DNA of 64,000 nt from contig JAZOSP010000071.1 in assembly GCA_045657165.1 (NCBI GenBank), positions 15,751 through 79,750 of the forward strand. The letters run 5' to 3'. Every line of letters starts with the position of its first letter. Positions within the stretch are counted from its first letter, which is position 1. The position numbers were made by a program, and so were the translations under genes. This DNA comes from Eubacteriales bacterium (lineage in GTDB: Bacteria > Bacillota > Clostridia > Oscillospirales > CAG-272). This document shows positions 57,704-64,000 of this stretch, piece by piece. The notes below the pieces were generated by a model. The model was not told the origin of the DNA and did no database searches. It worked only from the letters and a program-made list of their open reading frames with translations.

Positions 57704-58786
57704 ATGATGGAAGAAGTAAACGAATTCGATTTTGAAAATCGAATTGTTTCAAACGAATACGATGCCGGTGAGGACGTGATTGAAAATTCGCTTCGACCGA
57801 AAACACTTACGGAATACGTTGGGCAGGAAAAGGCCAAAAACAACCTCAAGGTTTATATAGACAGCGCAAAGCTTCGCGGCGAGGCGCTCGACCACGTCTT
57901 GCTTTACGGCCCTCCCGGGCTTGGCAAAACTACCCTTTCAAGTATAATCGCAAACGAGCTTGGTGTAAATATACGCACAACGTCGGGGCCTGCAATCGAA
58001 AAACAGGGCGACCTCGCGGCGATACTTACCAATCTTGCCGACGGCGACGTACTCTTTATCGACGAGATTCACCGTCTTTCCCGTGCGGTTGAGGAAATAC
58101 TTTATCCCGCGATGGAGGACTACGCGCTCGATATTATCATCGGAAAGGGTCCGAGCGCGCGCTCTATCAGGCTGCCTATTCCGAAATTCACGCTTATAGG
58201 CGCAACAACAAGAGCCGGTCAGCTGACCACTCCCCTACGCGACCGATTCGGAGTGCTTCTGAAGCTTGAGCTATACACACCCGAGGAGCTCGCGGAAATC
58301 GTCAAGCGCTCCGCCGGTATACTTGAAATTTCTATCACCGAGGAGGGTGCTTACAATATTGCTTCGCGCTCGCGCGGCACACCGAGAATCGCGAACAGAC
58401 TCTTAAAGAGAATACGCGATTTTGCGCTTGTGAAGGGGGACGGCACTATTACCTCTGAAATTGCGAAATACGCCCTTGAGGCGCTCGAGATAGACGAGCT
58501 TGGTCTTGACAACATTGACAGACGTATGCTCGAGGCAATTATCAAGTTCTATTCGGGCGGTCCTGTAGGTCTTGACACCCTTGCGGCAACTATAGGCGAG
58601 GAGGCGGTTACTATTGAGGACGTTTACGAGCCATATCTTATGCAAATTGGCTTCCTCGCAAGAACCCCGCGCGGCAGATGTGTAACAAAGCTCGCGTATG
58701 ACCATCTTGGAATCCCCTTTAATCCATCTGCAAATGCCGCGGGAGCACAGGTTTCCGGACAAAAAATTATGGATTTTGATAACTAA
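57704..58786 (+). CDS. ruvB: Holliday junction branch migration DNA helicase RuvB
   Basis: It has [16 protein letters not shown], Walker [10 protein letters not shown], Walker B FIDEIHRL and [13 protein letters not shown]. Confidence 0.95.
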   Translation: MMEEVNEFDFENRIVSNEYDAGEDVIENSLRPKTLTEYVGQEKAKNNLKVYIDSAKLRGEALDHVLLYGPPGLGKTTLSSIIANELGVNIRTTSGPAIEKQGDLAAILTNLADGDVLFIDEIHRLSRAVEEILYPAMEDYALDIIIGKGPSARSIRLPIPKFTLIGATTRAGQLTTPLRDRFGVLLKLELYTPEELAEIVKRSAGILEISITEEGAYNIASRSRGTPRIANRLLKRIRDFALVKGDGTITSEIAKYALEALEIDELGLDNIDRRMLEAIIKFYSGGPVGLDTLAATIGEEAVTIEDVYEPYLMQIGFLARTPRGRCVTKLAYDHLGIPFNPSANAAGAQVSGQKIMDFDN

Positions 58787-58826
58787 GCAAAACAGCCAAG
58801 CCGTACGGCTTGGCTGTTTTGCTTTT
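58787..58826 (+). terminator. intrinsic terminator after ruvB (shared with the convergent 159-aa gene)
   Basis: The 16-bp perfect stem is GCAAAACAGCCAAGCC / GGCTTGGCTGTTTTGC with a GTAC loop, followed by TTTT. Confidence 0.85.
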
Positions 58827-58829
58827 GAA

Positions 58830-59309
58830 CTATTCCCGTTCGCGAAGGTTCGCGTAAGTAATTTTGAACGCGCGGAAAATATAGCGCTTAATTATGCTCT
58901 GCTTTTTGAATTCTCCCCAAAACATAAATATATCGAATACCGCAAGACAGATAGGAAGGACGGAAAAGCCGCCAACTACTATGCAGCGGTACACGAAAAA
59001 GGCAAGAAGGAGTATTAAAATCAAATGATATATGGGCGCTGTAAGAATAATGCCCCTCAGCGCGGTGACACCGTTCTTTTCCGTCAGCTTCCCCGAAAAG
59101 TACGTACCGACAAGAAAGCCGTTATCACGTGTTGCTTTGCCCGTCATCTCGCAGGTGATTTTAAGCCTGTCACCCTTTTCCTTAAATCGCATTTTAGGCG
59201 TCCCGGCGCTCGTATCGAATTTTTCCTTATCGACAACGAGATTGTTGTCGATAAGCACCGAGCGAACCTCTTCTATCGGCGCGTGAATTTTATAATTAAC
59301 AAATAACAT
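58830..59309 (-). CDS. hypothetical protein with C-terminal double-TM anchor
   Basis: The protein is 159 aa. An N-terminal soluble region of about 95 aa is followed by two hydrophobic helices (IYHLILILLLAFFVY and FSVLPICLAVFDIFMFW). It lies 49 nt downstream of mutS2 on the same strand. No family was recognised. Confidence 0.5.
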   Translation of the reverse strand: MLFVNYKIHAPIEEVRSVLIDNNLVVDKEKFDTSAGTPKMRFKEKGDRLKITCEMTGKATRDNGFLVGTYFSGKLTEKNGVTALRGIILTAPIYHLILILLLAFFVYRCIVVGGFSVLPICLAVFDIFMFWGEFKKQSIIKRYIFRAFKITYANLRERE

Positions 59310-59358
59310 TTAATTCCTCGTCAAGACAGTAATATTAAGGTGTGGATATGCAGTTATT

Positions 59359-61758
59359 TTATCCGAGCGTTATTACCGTAACGCCTGCGTCCCCCTCGCC
59401 GTACTCGCCGTGGCGGTAAGCTTTAATGCGTTTGTCTGACTTAAAGTATTTCCAAAGAGCTGCGCGAAGCGCGCCCGTACCCTTGCCGTGAATTATCCTG
59501 ACAGTCGGCATACCTGCGAGAACTGCGTCATCAAGGTATTTATCAACTACAAACCAAGCGTCGTCGCCAATCATGCCTCTGACGTCAATCTCTGGCTTAA
59601 AGGTAGACGTGACGGTCTTTTTCACCTTGCCCTCACCTGGTCTTTGCGGCTCGCTTCTCCGGGTGAATTTAACGTTGCCCTCAATAAGCCTGATTTTGTC
59701 CTCTGTGACCTTTGCCTTCAAAATACCTGCGGTCACCGAAATCTGACCTTTTTTGTCCGCGAGAGCCGTTACAACGCCTTCCTTGCCGACGGTGGTCAGA
59801 TAAACCTTATCGCCAACCTTGAGAGGTCGCGGGAGCTTATAATCATCGTCGAGCGCAATATCACGCACGTCTATACCTGAGAGCAGTCTCTCTCCCTCAG
59901 CCATGCGGCGGCGAACCTCCTCGCGAGCTGCAAGGGTCATCTCGTTGCGCCTCTCGCGATCCTCCACCTTTCTCAAATCCTCAAGCTGACGGAAAATAAA
60001 TTCACTTGAGGCTCTTGCGCTTTCGAGAATCTGCCGCGCTTTAAGTGTCTGCTTTGAGATTTCTTCCTCGCTTTTAGCAATTTTTCTTTTAAGTTCGTCC
60101 TCTGCATTCTTTTTGAATGACTCGTATTCTGCTCGGAGAGCCTCGGCCCTTTCGCGTTCCTTTTCCATAGCGCTGCGGTTAGCGTCAAGGCGTTCGATAA
60201 CGTCCTCAAACCTCTTGTCGTCCTGCTCGATAAGGCGAGTTGCGCGTTCAATTATATCGGGGGCTATTCCCAGCTTTTCGGATATAGCAAAGGCGTTAGA
60301 TTTTCCGGGAGCGCCTACAATCAGCTTGTAGGTCGGTCGCAAAGTCTCGATATCAAACTCGCACGAGGCGTTCTGAACTCTCGGTGTTTCGAGCGCATAG
60401 ACCTTCAGCTCGGCATAGTGCGTGGTTGCTGCGGAAAGCGCGCCGCTCGCGGCGGTCGTTTCAAGTATTGCGGTTGCAAGAGCCGCACCTTCAACGGGGT
60501 CTGTGCCCGAGCCAAGCTCGTCAAAGAGGACGAGTGAGCCCTTGCCCACTTTTTTGAGTATATCAACTACGTTGACCATATGCGAGGAGAAGGTCGAAAG
60601 CGATGCCTCAATGCTCTGCTCGTCACCGATATCGACGAGCACCTCGTTAAACATTCCAACGACCGACGACTCGTCTGCGGGTATTTGCAGACCCGCCTGC
60701 GCCATAAGGGTCAGAAGCCCCATTGTTTTAAGAGTAACGGTTTTACCGCCGGTATTGGGACCGGTAATAATTAGCGTGTCAAACTCTCCGCCTATCTCGA
60801 CGTCTATCGGCACGACCTTGTCGCGAGGTATAAGAGGGTGTCTTGCACGCTTTAGGCAAAGCACTCGCTCCTCTTTGATAGCGGGCATTACCGCCCTCAT
60901 TTCCATAGAGAGCGTTGCGCAGGCAAAGGTGAAGGCAAGCTCGGTTATATTATGATAATTAAGCGTTATAAGCGACGAGGACTCTCCGCACTCTGCGGAA
61001 AGCGCCGACAAAATTCGCTCTATCTCGTGCTCCTCTGCCGCAGCGAGACTCTTAAGCTCGTTGTTAGCCTCTACTACCGCCATAGGCTCTACGAACAACG
61101 TAGCACCCGATGAGGATGTATCGTGAACGAGCCCCTTCATCTCGTTCTTATACTCAGCCTTCACGGGCACGACGTAACGGCCGTTACGCATAGTAACGAT
61201 GTTTTCCTGTAAATATTTAAGCCGAGCACCGCCGACATAGCTTTGAAGCGTATCCTTGATTTTGTTGTTGGTAGAACGGATTTTACGTCTGATATCAGCG
61301 AGCTCGGCGCTCGCCTCGTCGGCAATCATGTCCTCTGAAAGCATAGAACGCGTGATTTTTTCCTCAAGCTCTCTATTCGGGAGCAATCGGAGAAAGATTT
61401 CATCAAGGACCGTATCAAACGGCTTGTCTGCGCTGATGTAATCAACGAGTGCTCTTGACGAGCGCAGAAGCGAGGCTACGTCAAGCAGCTCTGTGGGCGA
61501 TAGAACCGCCCCTTTATAAGCACGCTCTGCCGCTGAGGTAACTCTTTCGCTTGCCGAAAACGCGGGGTAGCCCTTTGCGCCGATGAGGCGCTTTGCGTCC
61601 TCGGTTTTTCTCTGCCGCATAACTACAGTGTCAAAGTCGTCCGACGGCAAAAGTGCCCGCGCTCTCGCCTTTGCGCCCTCGGTGGAGGCAGCGAGAACAA
61701 GCTTTTCTATTATTTTATCGTATTCAAGCGCTGTGAGCGTTTTTTGACTGATTTGCAT
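59359..61758 (-). CDS. mutS2: endonuclease MutS2 (MutS domain plus C-terminal Smr domain)
   Basis: The Walker A is GPNTGGKT, with DELGSGTDP present. A long coiled-coil follows, and the Smr domain reads RIIHGKGTGALR. The protein is 799 aa. Confidence 0.95.
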   Translation of the reverse strand: MQISQKTLTALEYDKIIEKLVLAASTEGAKARARALLPSDDFDTVVMRQRKTEDAKRLIGAKGYPAFSASERVTSAAERAYKGAVLSPTELLDVASLLRSSRALVDYISADKPFDTVLDEIFLRLLPNRELEEKITRSMLSEDMIADEASAELADIRRKIRSTNNKIKDTLQSYVGGARLKYLQENIVTMRNGRYVVPVKAEYKNEMKGLVHDTSSSGATLFVEPMAVVEANNELKSLAAAEEHEIERILSALSAECGESSSLITLNYHNITELAFTFACATLSMEMRAVMPAIKEERVLCLKRARHPLIPRDKVVPIDVEIGGEFDTLIITGPNTGGKTVTLKTMGLLTLMAQAGLQIPADESSVVGMFNEVLVDIGDEQSIEASLSTFSSHMVNVVDILKKVGKGSLVLFDELGSGTDPVEGAALATAILETTAASGALSAATTHYAELKVYALETPRVQNASCEFDIETLRPTYKLIVGAPGKSNAFAISEKLGIAPDIIERATRLIEQDDKRFEDVIERLDANRSAMEKERERAEALRAEYESFKKNAEDELKRKIAKSEEEISKQTLKARQILESARASSEFIFRQLEDLRKVEDRERRNEMTLAAREEVRRRMAEGERLLSGIDVRDIALDDDYKLPRPLKVGDKVYLTTVGKEGVVTALADKKGQISVTAGILKAKVTEDKIRLIEGNVKFTRRSEPQRPGEGKVKKTVTSTFKPEIDVRGMIGDDAWFVVDKYLDDAVLAGMPTVRIIHGKGTGALRAALWKYFKSDKRIKAYRHGEYGEGDAGVTVITLG

Positions 61759-61778
61759 AGTTTTTCCCTTCGGTATTT

Positions 61779-62552
61779 TTAGCGCACGCTTTTATAAAAA
61801 TCAAGAGTCTTGTAGCTATGCCCGAGCTGATTAAGTATGTATTCCTCTGCCGCTCTTGAAAAAAGCCGCATATCATCGTCCGAGATATTAAACGAAAACA
61901 GCTTTTCAAGCGGTGCGTGAACGCAGTAACCGAGCGCAACCTTAGCCCCCTCGGAAAGCACGCAAAGAATACGGCTCTCATGAGGATCGCGGGGAAGCTC
62001 ACCCGATTTGGCAGCCTCGTGACGGCAAGCCGCACATTCTATTATACCGCCCATAATATCAAAGAAAAAGTCACCGTGAGTCTCGCGACATCGGTTACAC
62101 GAGAGCACGTCGGGCATAAATCCGAGAATAGAGGCTGCGCGGATTTCAAAGCCTGCCTTAATCTTTTCAAGCGAGTATTTCGAGCGAGAAATTGCGTAAA
62201 GAGAATTGAGCGAAAGCCTAAGCAGGTCACGCTCCGCCTCTGCAACCGTAACGTATGAGAGCACCTCTGCAATATATCCTGCGAGAGCAAGGCCGTCAAT
62301 GCTCGCCCTGATGTCAAAGAAGCTCTCAATAAGCTCTGCCTCCCTGACCGAGTACTTGTCCCCATGCTTATAAAGAACGAGATTTGAATAGCAAAACTGC
62401 ATGGTTGCAGCCATTTTGCGGCTTTTAAGCGAGCGAGCGCCTCTGGCAAGCGCGGTAACAACACCCATCTCCTCAGTAAACACGGTAATAAGTCTGTCGG
62501 TTTCTTTGATATCAACAGTGCGGATTACAAGTCCTCTAACCTCGGTAAGCAT
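61779..62552 (-). CDS. recO: DNA repair protein RecO
   Basis: The OB N-domain reads VRGLVIRTVDIKETDRLITVF. The zinc motif is CNRC...CAAC. It sits in the conserved era-recO order. Confidence 0.9.
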   Translation of the reverse strand: MLTEVRGLVIRTVDIKETDRLITVFTEEMGVVTALARGARSLKSRKMAATMQFCYSNLVLYKHGDKYSVREAELIESFFDIRASIDGLALAGYIAEVLSYVTVAEAERDLLRLSLNSLYAISRSKYSLEKIKAGFEIRAASILGFMPDVLSCNRCRETHGDFFFDIMGGIIECAACRHEAAKSGELPRDPHESRILCVLSEGAKVALGYCVHAPLEKLFSFNISDDDMRLFSRAAEEYILNQLGHSYKTLDFYKSVR

Positions 62553-63439
62553 TAGTCATCTTCCCTGTAACCGAAATCGGAAATATTAAATTCCCTATCG
62601 CGCCAATTTTCCTTGACTCTTACGTACAAGTCAAGAAAGACCTTGGCGTCGAGCATTTTCTCTATGTCCTCACGGGCGTAAGTGCCAATCTTTTTTATCG
62701 TGGCTGCCCCCTTGCCAATGATTATGCCCTTGTGCGACGCCTTCTCGCAGTATATCTCAGCACGGATTGAAACAGCACCCGCGCGCTCGCGCCATTCCTC
62801 AATGGTAACAGCCGTGCCGTGAGGAATTTCCTCCTCAAGCATACGCAAAAGCTTCTCGCGTATAATCTCTGCGGCAACCTGCTTTTCGGGCTGGTCGGTA
62901 ACTATGTCATCGGGGAAGAACCAATCGCTCTCGTTAAGATATCTCTCACATTCAGCGACCACGGTATCCACCCCCTTTCCACTCTTGGCGGAAATCGGGA
63001 TTACTGCGTCAAAATCAAAGGCTTCGGCATACGCCGCTATAGTTTTGGCAACGTTGGAGGCACGTACCGTATCTATTTTGTTTATAACAAGAATAGCACC
63101 GAGGCCCTCTGACTTGAAGCGCGATATAATCTGCGCCTCAATATCTCCGACCTCCTCTCGTGCCTCGACGACGAGTATTGCACTGTCAACACCTCCGAGA
63201 GTCTGAGAGGTGGTTTTAACCATAAAGTCTCCGAGCTTCGTTCTTGGCTTATGCATGCCGGGAGTATCAAGGAAAACAAACTGATTTTCCCCGACCGTAT
63301 GTATTCCCGTGATACGGTTTCTCGTTGTCTGCGGCTTTTTTGATACTATCGCCACCTTTTCGCCGAGAATTGAGTTTAGGAGAGTTGATTTGCCGACGTT
63401 GGGACGTCCGACTATTGCTATAAAAGCGGTTTTTTTCAT
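62552..63439 (-). CDS. era: GTPase Era
   Basis: G1 is [14 protein letters not shown]3 is DTPG and G4 is NKID. A KH domain lies at the C-terminus. It shares 1 nt with the recO start. Confidence 0.95.
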   Translation of the reverse strand: MKKTAFIAIVGRPNVGKSTLLNSILGEKVAIVSKKPQTTRNRITGIHTVGENQFVFLDTPGMHKPRTKLGDFMVKTTSQTLGGVDSAILVVEAREEVGDIEAQIISRFKSEGLGAILVINKIDTVRASNVAKTIAAYAEAFDFDAVIPISAKSGKGVDTVVAECERYLNESDWFFPDDIVTDQPEKQVAAEIIREKLLRMLEEEIPHGTAVTIEEWRERAGAVSIRAEIYCEKASHKGIIIGKGAATIKKIGTYAREDIEKMLDAKVFLDLYVRVKENWRDREFNISDFGYREDD

Positions 63440-63455
63440 TATTCCGTCTCTTTTC

Positions 63456-63929
63456 TTAAATTTCGATTGACCCTATTATTTCCCTCTGGCGCGCGCACTG
63501 CGCCTCCTCGTCCTCAGGGCTTCTTTCATGGTCATAGCCGAGCAGGTGCAGCATTGAGTGAACGGCGAGGAAGGCAACCTCCTCTAAAAAGCCGTGACCA
63601 ATCTCACGCGCCTGCTCCCTTGCCCGCTCAAGCGAAATAACTATGTCGCCGAGCACAACGGGCTCGTTATCAAAGAGGGGGTCGTCCTCTGCCGCGAAAT
63701 CGTAAAGAGGAAACGACAAAACGTCGGTTGAGGTATCGCGGTCTCGGTATTTTTTGTTTAGAGCTCTTATATATTCGTTGTCACAAAGGGTTACGGACAC
63801 CTCTGCGGGAAAATCGAAGTCCTCGGCGTCAAGCGTTGCGGCAATTGCGCGCCTCAGAAGATTTTTGAAGTAATAGTCACATTCAGGAAAGCGCTTTGTT
63901 GCCAAAAAGCTGATATAAAGTCCTCTCAT
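63456..63929 (-). CDS. ybeY: rRNA maturation endoribonuclease YbeY
   Basis: The zinc motif is HSMLHLLGYDH, with DVLSFP present. The protein is 157 aa. Confidence 0.95.
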   Translation of the reverse strand: MRGLYISFLATKRFPECDYYFKNLLRRAIAATLDAEDFDFPAEVSVTLCDNEYIRALNKKYRDRDTSTDVLSFPLYDFAAEDDPLFDNEPVVLGDIVISLERAREQAREIGHGFLEEVAFLAVHSMLHLLGYDHERSPEDEEAQCARQREIIGSIEI

Positions 63930-63943
63930 GGATTTTTTCTCCT

Positions 63944-64000
63944 TTACTTATCCTTCCTTGCCGACTCGGCACGGAATTTTTTAGCAGTGCTCTCGCGCTC
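63944..64000 (-). CDS. 3' end of an unidentified upstream gene (partial)
   Basis: The reverse-strand frame reads ...ERESTAKKFRAESARKDK and ends in a TAA at 63946..63944. An AAGGAG RBS for ybeY follows. By synteny this could be a phoH or pgpH-type gene, but 18 residues cannot support a call. Confidence 0.3.
   Translation of the reverse strand, partial: ERESTAKKFRAESARKDK

Noticed and set aside
1-64000. I searched for CRISPR arrays, tRNA/rRNA/tmRNA/RNase P-size RNA genes, IS elements, integrases, prophage genes, toxin-antitoxin pairs and defence islands.
   Set aside because: None were found. The longest non-coding gaps are about 220 nt and are accounted for by promoters, leaders and terminators. 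No regularly spaced repeats, no transposase or recombinase-like ORFs, and no abrupt change in composition were visible by eye. A covariance-model scan (tRNA and Rfam) would be needed to exclude small structured RNAs formally.

Overview
The window is a densely packed, almost entirely core-housekeeping chromosomal segment of a Bacillota (Firmicutes) genome. It looks like a Clostridia-type spore-former lineage; this is inferred from gene content and order (spoVT, spoIIGA-sigE, whiA, gdpP-rplI-dnaB, ybeY-era-recO). I support 58 protein-coding genes. About 45 are on the minus strand, interrupted by five plus-strand islands: recG-rarA-lipid kinase-comEC; one response regulator; one P-loop ATPase; tmcAL-small ORF-DUF3048; and membrane protein-DUF951-ruvAB. 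Functions are dominated by DNA replication, repair and recombination (dnaB, dnaG, dnaE, recG, rarA, recN, recO, ruvAB, mutS2, xseAB, parC-like) and translation or RNA modification (rplI, rpmE, prfA, tilS, tsaC, tmcAL, tlyA, ybeY, era, hflX, ychF). Transcription factors (rpoD, sigE, nusB, argR, whiA, spoVT) and a few envelope functions are also present. Intergenic regions are short. Many neighbouring genes overlap by 1-17 nt, and several near-perfect TTGACA-17-TATAAT promoters and stem-loop terminators are readable by eye. I found no rRNA, tRNA, CRISPR array, transposase, integrase, phage or recognisable defence genes, and I cannot honestly point to a clear novel multi-gene system. The best candidates for follow-up are single genes or small modules: (1) an uncharacterised TsaD/Kae1-like ASKHA protein in the nusB-xseAB operon, at the position where Bacillus has folD; (2) an orphan 350-aa P-loop ATPase with its own promoter; (3) a stand-alone Wzz/BY-kinase/PHP-phosphatase module with no polysaccharide genes, next to spoVT; (4) a ComEC whose metallo-beta-lactamase motif is degenerate; (5) an orphan OmpR-type response regulator; (6) a tightly coupled membrane protein-DUF951-ruvAB operon. 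Product calls come from motif and family recognition of the supplied translations, not from database searches. Start codons were refined by eye using RBS and neighbour context.
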